From Scenedesmus sp. PABB004 (taxonomy: Eukaryota), in assembly GCA_014905635.1 (NCBI GenBank), contig JABVCE010000005.1:310001-374000 (forward strand): DNA of 64,000 nucleotides, written 5' to 3'. The position numbers were made by a program, and so were the translations under genes. This document shows positions 1-12,502 of the stretch, in pieces; the stretch's first letter is position 1; every line of letters starts with the position of its first letter. Under the pieces are notes generated by a model. That model was not told where the DNA came from. It did not search any database and saw nothing but the letters and a program-made list of their open reading frames with translations.

Positions 1-1051
1 GCCCGCGCCTTGTCCAGCGCGTGCTGCAGCTCCTGCTGCCGCGCTCGCAACTGCGGGCGCGGGCGTGGGCGCGGCACGGGGGCGCGCGTGCGTGCGCGGG
101 GCGGGGCGCGCCGCGGCCGGCCGCGCGCACGCGCGCTCGCGGCGCCCCGCGTCGCGCGCACCTTGCTGCCGCCGTCGGGCAGGCGCGGCCCGAGCTGGTC
201 GAGGTCTGTCGACACGCGCAGCAGCTGCGCCTCGCACAGCTTGACGCGGCTCACGAGCTGCTCCACCTGCGCCGCCTGCTGCTGCTGCTGCGCCTGCGCC
301 TGCTGCTGCTCCGCCGCGCCGCCGCGCACGGTGATGTTGAGCGACGACAGCAGGCTGCTGAGCGCGCCCGCCGAGGGTGGCGGCGGCGCCGCGGCGCCGG
401 CGGCGACGGGCACCGAGCCGCGCGCGCGCGCGCCGCCGCCGCGGGCGCCCGGCGGCGGCGCCGCGCCGGGCGGCGGCGCGCGCGGCACGCGCGTGAGGTC
501 GAGCTCGGCTGCCTCGGGGTCGCCGTGGCTGAACAGCAGCCCGTGCTCGCTCGTGCCGGCGCAGAGCGGCAGGCCCTCCAGCCACGCGACGTGCGCGACG
601 AGGTCGGGGTCGGGCGGCGCCCGCCGGCGCGGCGCGCGGGCGCGCCGTGCGTCTGGCGCAGCAGCTGCTGCGTCTCGCTCGCCGCCAGCGCGGCGGGGTC
701 CCACTTGAAGAGCTCGTGCAGCTCCTGGTGCGTGAAGTACCTGCGCGGCAGCCGTGGGGTCATCGCGTGCGGCGCGGGCGGGGTCGCGTGCGGCGCGGGC
801 GGGGGCGCGCGCGCGCGCGTGCAGCCGCCGCGCGCGCGCCCCGCCGCCGCCGCCGCGGTCCCCGGGCGCCGTGGGGACCCGCCACCCGCCGCCGCACCGC
901 AGCTGCACGCCCTCCTCGGTGCCCGCGCGCGAGAGGCCGGCCTTGAAGACCTGCTTGCGGTAGATCTTCTCCTCCACCGTGCCGCACGTGACGAGGCGGT
1001 ACACCACAACGTCGCGCGCCTGTACCGCCGCACCACCGGGTGTGAGTGAGT

Positions 1052-1082
<31 letters not shown>

Positions 1083-2247
1083 CGGCAGCGGGCGGGGGCA
1101 GGCAGCGGGCGGGGCGGAGGCGGGATGAGCCGCGTCGGGGAGGGGCGCGGGGTGCAGGGCGCGGGGCGCAGCGCAGCGCCCTGGCGGCGGGCGCGGGACC
1201 CGCGGCGGCGGCGGCGCCGCGCCTGTCCGATGCGGTACGCGCGGTCGACGCTCTGGTTGTCGCTCGCGGGGTTCCAGCTCGGGTCCACGATCACCACACG
1301 GTCGGCCGCAGTCAGCGTCAGGCCCAGGCCCCCACCTGCGCGCGCGAGCGTCGGGGCCGGGGTGGCGGCGCGCGCCTGGTGCGCCTGGTGCGCCTGGCCG
1401 CCGCCCACAGCACCAGCAGCCCCAGCAGCCCCCCCAGGGCCGCGCCTGCGTGGTGAGCAGGAAGACGGGCAGCTCCCGCCCCGCCGCCTGGAAGCGCGCG
1501 ACCTCGGCCTGCCGCGCCTCGGCCGACGCGAGCCCGCCGTCGATGCGGCAGAAGGCCCACCCAGCGGACGCCACGATCGACTGCGGCGGGCGCGCGCCGG
1601 TCAGCCAGCAGGGAGACGGCAAGCGCCAGCGGGCGAAGGCGCGTCACTCGTGCCGAGCGCGGTGCCTCCTGCCTCCTGCCTGCTGCCTCCTGCCTCCTCC
1701 CTCCCGCCTCCCGCCTCGCTTCCCGCCGCCCGCCTCCCGCACTCCCGCCGCTGCGGGCGCCGCCACACCACCGCCGCCGCACCTGCAGAATGTCCAGCAT
1801 GACGCGGCTCTGGCTGAACACGAGCGTGCGGTGCCCGCCCGCCACGAGCACCTCCAGCAGCTGCCCCACAAACAGCGCCTTGCACGACGCGGCGCCGCCG
1901 CGCGCGCCCTGCAGCAGGCGCGACTCGAGGCCCTCCGCCGCCGCCCAGGACACAAACTCGTCGCTGAAGCCGCCCGCGTCGAGCTCCTCCGCGAGCGTCG
2001 CGCGCACCGCCGCGGCGCGCGCGCGCGCGCGGCCGCGCCGGGGCTGGGCTCGGCGTCGCCCTCGGCGTCGGCGTCGGCCGGGTCGAAGTCGCTGCCGCCG
2101 TCCTCGCTCGCGCCGCCGCTCCGCCGCGCGGCCTCCTCGGCCCCCTCCGCCTCCTCCGACCCGCCGCTGCCCGAGGCGCCGTCGCCGTCGCTGTCATCAT
2201 CATCAACGATGAAGTCGTCCAGGCTGCTGCGCCGCTGCCGGCCGCCC

Positions 2248-2291
<44 letters not shown>

Positions 2292-4752
2292 CCGCTTGCC
2301 CTGCTTGCCCTGCTTGCTCGCGGCTGCACGCCGCGAGCGCGGCGGCAGGCGGGCGGGCGGCGGCGTGGGCGCGCGCGCGCGGAGAGCGCCGGCGCGCCGG
2401 CTGCACCGCCGCCGCCCGCCCGCCCGCCCGCCCACCTGAGAGCACGAGGCTCGTCGCGCGCTCGCTGAGCAGCGCGGGGTGGTCGCAGACCTTTTTGAGC
2501 ACCGTGAGCGCCGCGAGCGGCGAGCGGCTGCTGTTGAGCGCCGCCTTGACCGCGTCGCTGTGCAGGAAGGCCTCGTACACGTGGCGCTGCAGCGGCTGCA
2601 GGCGCAGCCACACCACCAGGTCGGTCTTGCGCCCCATCGGCGCGGGCGCCGCCGCGCCGCGCCGCCGCCGCCGGCCGCGCCGCCGCCGTCGGCGCTCGCC
2701 GCGGCGGCGACCGCCCCGCCGCCGGCGCCGCTCGCGCTGCCGCTCCCGCTCCCGCTGCCGCTCGCGCCGCCGCCGCCGCCGGCGCCGCCGGCGCCGCCGC
2801 CGAGCACGTCGCGCTTCTCGCGGCGCAGCATGAACGGCGCCACGAGGCGGCGCAGCTCCGCGCCGCGCGCCGCGCCGAGCTTGCGCACGCGCAGCGCCGC
2901 GTCGCGGTCCTGCCCCGCCGCGATGGGCTTTTCGTAGCCCAGCTTGAACTCGCGCGGCCCGCCGAGCAGGCCGGGGCAGGCAAAGTCGAGCAGCGCGTGC
3001 AGCTCGCCGAGGTTGTTCTGCACGGGCGTGCCGCTGATGATCACGCGCACGCGCGCGCGCAGCTCGCGCAGGCGCGCCGCCAGCTGCGTGCGCGCGTTCT
3101 TGACCTTGTGGCCCTGCGGTGCGGCGGCACGACACGCGCGGCGGACCGCGGGCCGCGGCGGGCCACGGCGGGTCACGACGGGCACGCGGCGGCGTCGAGG
3201 CCCCCCTCTTTGCCAGCGCACGGCGCTGCTGCTGCTGCTGCGCCCCGCGCCGCCGCGCTGCCGCGGTGCCCGCGCCCCCGCGCGTGCCCCGGCTTGCCTC
3301 GTCGAGGATGACGTAATCCCACAGCAGCCGCCGCCCCGGCGGCAGGTGGGCGTTGTCAAACGGGTCGTCCTCGTCCTCCGCCTCGTCCGCGTCTGCGGCG
3401 CGCGGCGGCGCGGCGGCGCGCTGGGCCGCCCGCCGCGCGACGCCGCGCCGCGGTGGGCGGACGGCGCAGGCAGGACACCCCCCGCCAGCGCAGCCCGCGC
3501 CGCCCGTGACGGCACACCGCGCGCCGTCGCGCCGAGGCCGGCGCGCAGCTGGCTGGCGTTGTGCAGCACCATGCCGTACGTCGTCAGCAGCACGCCGCCG
3601 CGGCCCGTGACCGCGCGCAGCGCCGCCGCGCGCTCGCCCTCGCTCGACCCGAAGAAGCAGTGGCTCCGCGCCCGCAGCCCGCACACGGCCAGCTCCTTCT
3701 CCCAGTGCGCGAGCAGCGTCTTGGGCGCCACGACCAGCGCCCGACCGCCGCCGCCGCCGGCGCCGCCGCCCGCGGCGCGCAGCGCGCCGGCGAGGAACGC
3801 GGCGCACTGCATCGTTTTGCCCAGGCCCATGTCGTCCGCCAGGATGCCGCCCCGCCCCATCCTGCGCGGGCGCGCGGGCGTCGGCGCGCGGGCGTCGGCG
3901 CACTGCGGACCGGGGGCGCCGCGAGCCGGTCCGCAGTGCGCCGCGAGCCGGCGCGCCGCGCGCACCTGTGCAGCGACCAGAGCCAGCGCACGCCCGCGAG
4001 CTGGTGGGGGTAGAGCTTGGCCGCCACGCGCGGCTCGAGCCGGAAGCCGCCCTCCAGCACCAGCGCGCCGGCGCCGGCGCCGCCGGTGTCGCTCGCGCTG
4101 GTGCCGCTGGCGCCGCTGGCGCGGTCGCTGCCGCTGCCGCTGTCGCTGCTCGTGCGGCTCGTGATGGCGAGGCCGTGCGACGGCACCGGGCGCTGCTGCG
4201 TCTGCGAGCTCGACGCGCCGCCGCCGCTGCACAGCTCAACGCCGCTGCTGCTGCTCTCGCCGCCGCCGTCGCTGCTGCTGCCACTCTCGCCGTCGTCACC
4301 GCTGTCGCTGCCGCCGCGGCGCCCGTCGGAGCTGGGGACGAGGAGAGCGTGAGGTCGACCACAGCCCGGCTGTCGCGCGCAATGCCGCCGCCGGCAGCAG
4401 CGCCGCTGCTTCTGCTGCCGCTCGCGGCGCTGGCGGCGAGGCCCATGCCGCGCATCGCGTCCGCCAGCGCGTCCGCGCCCTGCTCCGCCGGCGGCGGCGC
4501 ACGCCGGAAGGCGAAGCCGGGGCTCGCCTCGCTGCCGCTGGCATCGCCGTCATCGCCGTTGTCGTCCGGCAGCGCCACCGCGCTGGCCTCCGCCACCGCC
4601 GCCGCGCCCGGCGACGAGCGCTGCTGCCCGCCCGCCGACGCCGCCGCCGCGGCCGCCGCGGCGAGCCGCGCCTCGCGCCGCGCCGCCAGCTCCCGGATGG
4701 CGGCGCTGGCGGCGGAGTCGCCGGCCGGCTGGCGCCGGGCGCGCTGCTCCAT
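1..4752 (-). CDS. SNF2-family helicase, ERCC6L/PICH (CHR24)-like; multi-exon, runs off the left edge
   Basis: Exons give [26 protein letters not shown] (motif I), YVILDE|GHKVKN (II), [14 protein letters not shown] (III), [50 protein letters not shown] (V/VI), then [15 protein letters not shown] at 4752. Subfamily is inferred. Confidence 0.9.
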
Positions 4753-5092
4753 TTGATGTGGTTGGCGGGCGGCAGCAGGGGCAGCAGCGGCGCCGGCAGT
4801 TGGCCGCCCTGCAACCCGGCCTTGGTGCTCCTGCGAGCGTGCCGCGATCGGGGCGTTGTGAACCACGGTCGCGCGGCCCCGGAGGTGCATTCTGCGCAGA
4901 AGCGAAAACTTGAAGCGTCGCGACGCTCGTCACGCTCGCTCGCCCTTCCACACGCTGCACTGCCCCCGCCCGCGCCAATTGCGCGCCCCCGCGGTGATCG
5001 TCGTGCTGTTCGCCACCGCCCCCGGGCGCCCAGCCGCGCCAGGCCGGCGTCGCTGCCACACAGCGCAACCACAGACGCCGCCGCCGCCAGCC

Positions 5093-5593
5093 ATGCGCGG
5101 CCTGGGACGGGCGCCCCGGGGTGGCGGCCTCGCCCCGCAGCCGCTCAGGACCGCGGCGCCGGCCGCGCGCGTGCGGGCGGCGGCGGCGGGGCAGCGGCCG
5201 CAGCAGCGGCAGGCCGCGCCGCTCGCGCCGCCGGCGCCGGCGGCGCCGACGGCGGAGGGGCAGCGGCCGCAGCACCGGCAGACGCCGCCGGCGCAGGTCG
5301 GCAGCAACAGCAACACCTGGCGCGCCGCGCCGCGCGCCCTCGTCCGGCGCGCGCTGCCGCTGCTGCGCGGCGTGCGCGGCGCCGAGGCGCGGCTGGAGGC
5401 GGACGTCCGCAGCGTGGCCGCGGCGGTGGCGCTGATGACGGCGCTCATCGCGTACGACCGCGGCGTCAACGGCGTGCTGGACGCCATCGACGACAGCGTC
5501 GACGCCGGCGTCGCGAGCGTGCTCGTCGGCCTCGGCCTGGTGTTTGGCGTGCGCCTCGCGGGCGGGCGGCCGCAGGACCTGTGGCGCAGCTGA
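5093..5593 (+). CDS. Small protein with two hydrophobic segments, possible plastid transit peptide
   Basis: Intronless ORF with Arg/Ala-rich N-terminus, then VAAAVALMTALIAY and VASVLVGLGLVFGV; head-to-head with the SNF2 gene. Confidence 0.6.
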   Translation: MRGLGRAPRGGGLAPQPLRTAAPAARVRAAAAGQRPQQRQAAPLAPPAPAAPTAEGQRPQHRQTPPAQVGSNSNTWRAAPRALVRRALPLLRGVRGAEARLEADVRSVAAAVALMTALIAYDRGVNGVLDAIDDSVDAGVASVLVGLGLVFGVRLAGGRPQDLWRS

Positions 5594-5760
5594 GCCGGCG
5601 CGCGAGGCGGTGCGGGCGCCGCCGCGCGCGCGCGCTGCTCGTGCCGCCGCCGCCGCTGCGCGTCGCCGGCCGATGCGTTGTTTTGCACACCTCGGCCCTG
5701 CCTGACAACGCCTCGGCCAGTGGCGCGCAGCGGCACGCGCGCAGCACTGCGGTGGCAGAC

Positions 5761-8700
5761 ATGGAAGCAGGCGCGTGTGCAAGCCCCCCGCCCACGCAGC
5801 GCCCGGCGGCCGGCGCAGGCACGGCGTGCGCGCGAGCGGCGCGTCGCTCGGACGCGCGGCCGTGGCCGCCGCGGGCCCCGACGACGACGGCGACACGCTG
5901 CTCACCGAGGAAGGCCTGGACTGCGGCAGCAGCGACGACGGGGACGGCGGCAGCCTGGGCGCTGCGGCGTCGAGCTTTGGCGCGCTGACCGACGACGACG
6001 GCGGCCAGCCCGGCGGCGCCGGCGCGCGCGGCCCCGACAGCCCACTGGAGGCCGAGCCCAGCGCGGAGTCAGAGGAGGAGGCGCCCCTGCCGCCGCCGCC
6101 GCAGCACCCGCCGCAGCACGCGCCGGCGCCGCAGGAGCCCTCGCCGCGGGCCGCCGCCGCACCCCCTGGCGCCGCCGGCCGGCCCGCGCCCGCGGCGCAC
6201 CTGGTCGCGCAGCGAGGAGGGGCAGCAGGCGCCGGCGGCGGCGGCGGCGGCAGTGCCGCCGACGGACGCCGCCGCGCGGCCGGCGTCAGCGCAGCCGCCG
6301 CAGGCGCAGCTGCAGCGCGCGCCGAGCGCCGACGCCGCGGGCACGGCGCACCAGCGCAGCCCGTCGCCGCGCGCTGCTGCTGCGCCGGCCGGCCGCCGCG
6401 TGCGCGTGACCGCCGACGCCGCGCTGGAGGCCGGGGCGGCGCCGGAGGCCGGGGCGACGCTCTCCGCAGGCGGCGACGGCGCCCTGCCGCGCGGCAGCAG
6501 CAGCGAGAGCCCGCGCCCCGGGCGGCTCGGCCCAGGCCCAGGCGCAGCAGGGCTGGCGGGGCGGACGGCGGAGGGAGGGGGCGCGCCGGCCCCGCCGGAG
6601 CGGCCGAGCAGCCGCGGCGCCGCGGGCCGGCGCGGCGGCCCAGCGCGGACGCCCAGCGCGGGCGCCCGGCCCGAGCCGCAGCGCCGGGCGAGCGGGCGCG
6701 AGCAGCCCGAGGCGGCGGCGGTGCGGCGGCACCGCGCGGCCGCCTGCCAGACCAGGTGTGGGCGCGCGCGCGCCTGCCGCCTACAGGGCCGAGTGCGCGC
6801 GCGCGCGCATGCGCGCCACCCGCTCGCCGCCGTCCGGCCCGCCACCACCCGCCGCCTGCCCGCGGCGCCCGCGCAGGCCCGAGCCGGCGGCGGCGGCCGA
6901 GCGGTTTGGCGGCGACCTGAGCGAGTGGGGCCGCACCGCGCTGGAGGGCTTTTACGACGACGACGGCGCCGGCAGCGAGGCGAGCAGCGCCCCCACCATG
7001 AGCAGCGGGCTCAGCCCGCGCGGCGCGCGCCCGGACGCAGCACGGCCGTTCAGCCTGGACGCGGCGCGCGAGGCGCGTGCGCACGCGCGCGCGTGGATGC
7101 GCCGCACCAGGGGCCGGCCCGGGGCCCGGCCCGCAGCCGCCGCGCGCGAGGGGGGCTGGCGCCGCGTCGGCGGCCGCCCTCACACCCCCACGCCGCCGCC
7201 GCCGCCGTCCTTGCCGCCGGCAGGCGCTGGCGTACAGCGCGGGCGTCTACGGCCGCGGCGCGGCGCTGCGCCGCGGCGGCGCCGCGCCCGCGGCGGGCCA
7301 CGCGGACGACCTGCCCACGCGCATCGCGTACCAGCAGCTCAGCGCCCTGGCGGGCATGGCCGGCAAGGTGTGTGTGCGCGGCGGGGCAGGCGTGGCGGGG
7401 CAGCGGCGCTCCCGGGCGCGGCGCGTGAGCCACGTGCGCCGGCCCGCGCGCCCGACACACCCGCCGCCGCCGCCGCCGCCGCCGGCGGCGCCCGCCCGCC
7501 CGCCTGCCCGCAGGTGCAGGAGGCCATCCTGCACAACAAGCGCATCTTTGAGCAACGCATGCTCCAGCACGATGCCGCGCTGCTGCGCCAGGCGCTGGGC
7601 GGCTGGTGCGCGCTGCGCAGCGCGCGGCACGCCAAGCGCGCGCGGCTGCGGCGCGCGGCGGCGCGCATCCGGCGCGGCGCGCTGTCGCGGGCCTTCTTCG
7701 CGTGGCGCGACGAGCTGCACCTGATGGACCGCACCCTGGCGATGCGGCGCAAGGTCCGCGCGCCGGGGCGGCGGGGTGGTGGTCGCGGGCGGCGCGCCCC
7801 GACCCTCGGCGCCGCGCCGGGCTCGCAGCCGCCGGCGCCCCCCGCCGCTGCCGCTCACAGGCGACCGCCCCACGCCGCGCGTGCCGGCGCGGCCGCAGGT
7901 GGCGGCCACGGTCGCGGCGGGCTGCACGCGACGCTGCTTTGCGGCGTGGCGGCGCCTCGCGCAGGAGCGCTTGTACAAGGCGCAACTGGGCGCGCGCGAG
8001 CGCGAGGTCGCCGCGCTGGAGGGCAAGCTGCGGGGCTATGAGAAGCGCCCGATCCAGGTGGGGCGACGACGCGCCCCGGGCCGGCGGCTGGAGCCGCACA
8101 CGCCGACCGGGGTCGGGGCCGCGAGCGCCCGCACCACCGTCGCCGCCGCCGGCGGTGACCGCCCGCCGCCCGCCGGCCCCACCGCCGCCGCCCGCCGGGG
8201 GGCAGGTGCTGCACAAGCGGCGCGTGGGCGCGATGCTGGGCGTGTGGCGCGCCGCCGCGTGCGCCGCGCGGCGCAAGCGCGCGGCGGCGGCGCGCGCGGG
8301 GCGGTTCTGCGCCAGGCGCCAGCAGGCCAGGGTGTGGCGAGCATGGTGGGTGGCGGCGCTGGCTGGGGAAGGCCCCGGCCAGCAGCCGCAGCAGGGCTGG
8401 GCGGCGGCCGCTGAGGTCGGGCGTTCGACGACGGCGCCGCGCCCGCCGCGCACGCCGCGCGCAGGGTGGAGCACGTCGAGGCCGCCGCGCGGCGGCGCGT
8501 GCTGAGCGCCAAGCTGGCCGCCCGCTGCGCGCGCCTCGAGCTCGCCGCGGCGTGGTCCGCCTGGCTGCAGGCCCTGGGTGCGTGCCGCAGCTGTGTGCCT
8601 GCGGCGCGCCGCTGTCCGCGCTGCGGCGCGCCACAGGGGCGGCCCGGGGACGGCGCCCGGCGGCGCCGCCGCTCTCCCACCAGTTTTCCTCGTGGTCCCA

Positions 8701-10343
8701 AGCGTTTGCACCGCCGCGCCCGCCGCAGACGCACGGCGCGAGCGCAGCAGCGACCTCGCGCGCGCAGTGCAGCACCGGCGGCGCGCGCTGGCGGCTCGCG
8801 CGTGGCGCTCCTGGGCCGCCGGCGCGGCGCGCCGGAGCACGCGCCGCGCGCTCGCGGCGCGCTGGCAGCGGCCGGCGACGGCGAGCGTGCTGGCGGGCTG
8901 GCTGGCCCAGGTCGCGCGGCGCAAGCGCGACCGCCTCGTGGTCGGCCGCGCGCGCGCGCGCGCGGCTGCAGCGCGCCGCGATGGCGACCGCGTTTGCCGG
9001 CTGGGCGGACTGGGTGCAGCAGGGCCGCCTGGGCGCCAAGCTGGCCGCCAAGGAGGGCCTGGAGGTGCGGCGGGCGCGCGCGTGCAGGCGGCCCGGGCGC
9101 TGGCGGCGGCCGGCGCTGCACGGCTGCGGCGCTCGCTTGACCGCCGCCGGCCGTGACGCGCCGCGGTGTCTGCTGCCGTCGCCGCAGGAGGGCCTGGCCA
9201 AGCTGCAGGCCGAGAACGAGCGGCTGCGGCGCGACAACGAGCGCTTTGTGCGGCTCATCGACAGCGGCGAGTGGGGCCGCGGCCGCGTGGCGGAGCTGGC
9301 GTCGGCCGGGGAGGTGCGACGCGCTGGGGCGCAGCGGCGGGCGGGGCCGTCTGCCCGGCAGTGCGAGCGGCTGCAGCTCACAGGCTCGCCCGCCACCGCC
9401 GCTGCACGCTGCGGCCAGGTCATGCGCACGGAGCGCGACGCGCTGCTGGCGCTGATCGGCAGCCTGCGGCGCGAGTACGAGGCGGTGCAGGCGGCCAAGG
9501 GCGCGCAGGAGGACGAGCTGCGCGCGCTCAAGGAGCGCATGGCGCTCGGGGTGAGCGTGCGCCGCGCCGGCGCCGGGGCGGGCGGCGCGCGCGCTGCGTG
9601 CTGCTGAGAGGGGCGGGCCCGCCGCGCGCGCAGGGCTCCGCGCGCAACCGGCTGCTGGTCAAGGGCGGCAGCAGCTTCAACGCGCTCGTGCGCGCCATGA
9701 AGCAGGACCTGCTGGACAGCGGCGCGGCGGCCAGGGACCCCGCGCTGGCGTACGAGGTCGACAAGGTGCGCCGGGTGGCGTCTGCAGACAGCTGTCGCGC
9801 GCAGCACGTGCAGCGCGCGGCGCGCACCTCCAGTAGGGGGCCTGGGAGTCGAGTGTGCGCCGCTCCCGCGCGCCCCGCAGCTTTCCATGGACCACGTGCA
9901 GGTCTTTCACGACGGCGAGCTCGCCGTGCAGGCGGCAGCGTCTGTCGGCGCGCGCTCGGCGCCACCGCTCCCTGGTGAGCTGTGCGCGGAAGGTGGCGGC
10001 CCCTTGGGGCAGCTTGGGCGTGCGGCGGCTCAGCGCTGCGCCGTGTGGCACGCCCGCAGGCCGCGCCGGCGGCAGCTTGCAGACCACGGCCCCCGCCGCA
10101 GCGCCCGCGGTGGCCGTGGCCCGCGGCAGCACGTCGCCCATTGCGCCGGTGCGGGCGGGAGGTGCAGCACGGCGCGCTGGCGGCGGCTCCCTGCACACCA
10201 CGCTGAGCGTGGCGGCGGGGGGTGGGCCAGGCAGCCAGCGGGGCCGGGTGTCGGGCACGCTGGCGGCGCTGTCGGGCCTCAGCGCGGCGCAGGTGGACGC
10301 GCTGGAGGCGGCGGCCGTGCGCGCCGTGCCGGGCGGCAAGTGA
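5761..10343 (+). CDS. SFI1-like (centrin-binding repeat) coiled-coil protein, copy A; two frameshifts as assembled
   Basis: Recurring F/A-x-x-W repeats (AFFAWRDEL, CFAAWRR, LGVWR, AWRSWAA, AFAGWADWV) and coiled coil LQAENERLRRDNERFVRLIDSGEW. Versus copy B: -2 nt near 6147 and +4 nt in the CG run at ~8947-8964. Confidence 0.6.
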
Positions 10344-10499
10344 CCGGCCGCTGGAGCGACGGCAGACTGCGCATGAGCGCTGTTGCGCGGGCAATCCAGC
10401 TCTGCGCCCCAGTCGCCTGTCGCTCGTCTCTCTCTCTACCTGCCGTCACTTGCGCCTCACCGCCGCCCTGGCACGAGGCCCCCTGCTGCTCTGCCAGCG

Positions 10500-11165
10500 C
10501 TACGCGCCGCCGTCCTCGTCGTCGTCGCGACTCCAGCTGCTCTCCAGGCCCTCACGCGCCCGCACCACCTCGCTGCGGCGCGCCAGCTCGCGCCGCTCCT
10601 TCCAGTCCCTGCGGCCCGCCGCGCGAGTCAGCCCAGCGCCAGCCCTGGCGCCCTCGGGCCGCTCTCGGCTGGCAGGCACCTGCTGCGCCAGGCCCTGGCC
10701 CCTGCGCATCAGCGCCACTCACGCAAGCGCCTGGTTGATGAGGCGGTCCAGCCCAAGGATGCGCTGGAAGGTCAGCGCCAGCAGCACCACCAGCAGCAGC
10801 GCGGAGCTCCCGATCGAGGCGCCGTCCATGTACAAGCCGCGCTCGGCAAAGCTGACTCGGGCGCAGCGCGCGCGCGCGTCGTCAGCGGCCGATGATGCGC
10901 GCGCCCAGCCGCTGGCGCCCCGCCGCCGCCTGCCGCACCTGGCCGGCGACACGCGCTGCATGCCGTACGCGTCGGGCGGGGTCGCGTCCTGCTCAATCAC
11001 GCTTCTCAGCACGCCCAGGTTGTCGGGAGCGCCGCCACTGCCGCCGCCGGGGGCCTGCGCGCGCGCCGGCGCGGGCCGGCGCCGCCTGGCGTGTGCCGCT
11101 GCTGCCGCTCCGGCAGGGCTGCCTCCGCAGTGCCATGCCTGCTTGGCGCCCATGCACTGGAGCAT
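10500..11165 (-). CDS. Small single-TM protein, copy A
   Basis: Exons FAERGLYMDGASIGSSALLLVVLLALTFQRILGLDRLINQAL and DWKERRELARRSEVVRAREGLESSW; start codon uncertain. Confidence 0.55.
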
Positions 11166-11582
11166 CGCGCCGTCTGGAGAGCCCGCCGCTGCGTGCTCGA
11201 GCTGCCGGCCGCGCCGCCGCTGCTGGTGCAGCGCACGGGCAGGCCGCGCCGGTGTGAGGGGCTGCGCTGCGCCCCTAGGTTGGCTGCCGTCCCTGGGTGC
11301 ACGCCCGGACCGCGACCTGGCGCAGCGCGTTGGCCTGGGCGCGGCGGCACTGGGCAGCCTGCAGCGTTGCAGCTGCGGGCGAGGCCTGGTGGCTGGCCAG
11401 CAGCGTGGTCGGCCGCGGTGGCGCTCGCCAAGCGAGGGGCGTGAGCGGCGATGTGCGCGGCTGATCGGCGGCGATCGTGCTTTGGCGCCTTCAACCGCGC
11501 GGGCACGCCGCTGCCGCCGCACGCGCGCGCGCCCGCCGCGCCGCCGCCCGCTCCCCCGCTTTGTGGGTTGGTTTGAGCATAT

Positions 11583-11743
11583 AGGCCGAGTGCGACATAG
11601 TCGCCTCTCAGCAAATCAAAAACTAAGCCGCGGTGCCCACCGTGGTGAACACCCGCACGTGCCGCAGGCTAGGTGCAATGCGAGCAGTCACGCACGCGCA
11701 GGGAGCCTACGTGAGCGCCCCCATGCGTCGGCCAGGTAAGTAT
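11583..11743 (-). ncRNA. U1: U1 spliceosomal snRNA, copy A
   Basis: Reverse complement begins ATACTTACCTGG; same sequence as 17202-17362. Confidence 0.92.
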
Positions 11744-11974
11744 GAAGAGGCGGCACGGACCGGTCGGGTTGAACACTCCAGCGGGCGCGGCCGGTCGGCG
11801 GCGGTGCAAGCGCAGGGCCCACCAAACCATCACTTGAGCGTGCCGGCCGCCAGTGCCCTGCCTGTCCACGGCCCTGACATCGCCGGCGCGACCAGGCGTC
11901 GACCCGCGTGCGCGCCGGCGCAGCAGCGGCGACCAGCGGCGCCCGCTGCCACCCGCAGCCCACCAGGGGCCCGC

Positions 11975-12388
11975 ATGCCGCCTGCGGCTGCTCACGATCA
12001 CGTGTTCGACGCGAGCAGCGACCTGGAGGCGCCCCTTTTGCAGGCGTCGCAGCTCGCGCCGCGCGCCAACCGCCGCCTCGAGAGATTGCGGCGCTGCTGG
12101 GCGGAGACGTGGTGATACACGCAGTGAGTGGGCGCCACGCGCGACACGGGGGATGCACCGCCCCGTGGGGCCGCGTGTGGGGCGTGCGGGCCGTCGGTGG
12201 CCGCCGCGGGCCGTCGGTGGCCGCCGCGGCAGCGGGCGGCAGCGGCGCCGCGGCGCCGCCGCCCGCCGCCGCCCGCTGGGGGCCTGACGCGCGCTCGCGT
12301 GCCGTGCAGGTACGTGGCGCCCGTCCTGCTCGTGAACGGCGCGCTGCTGGTGGCCCTGCTGCTCTTCCTGCGCGCGCGCGGCGCGTGA
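11975..12388 (+). CDS. Small two-exon protein with C-terminal TM segment
   Basis: MPPAAAHDHVFDASSDLEAPLL...WAETW, GT-AG intron, then YVAPVLLVNGALLVALLLFLRARGA*. Confidence 0.5.
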
Positions 12389-12502
12389 GAAGGCGCGGCG
12401 GCGAGACCCGTCCCTGCTCCTGACGCTGGGCACCCCACCCGCAGCCGCCCGCGCTGCGGCGGTGACCAGCCGACCCCCAGGGAGGGCCTCGCGCCGCGGG
12501 CG

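Larger units (their letters stand above)
5775..11794 (+). repeat. Left arm of ~6 kb inverted repeat
   Basis: Reverse complement matches ~17154-23180; ORFs 10222..11739(+) and 17481..18731(-) translate almost identically. Confidence 0.95.

Noticed and set aside
1200..2750. SNF2 gene as a pseudogene because of apparent frame breaks
   Set aside because: All helicase motifs are intact; breaks coincide with introns or GC-rich runs where assembly errors are likely.
11633..12115. ORFs starting MPTVVNTRTC (also 17022..17312)
   Set aside because: Antisense to the U1 snRNA; shared only because of the inverted repeat.
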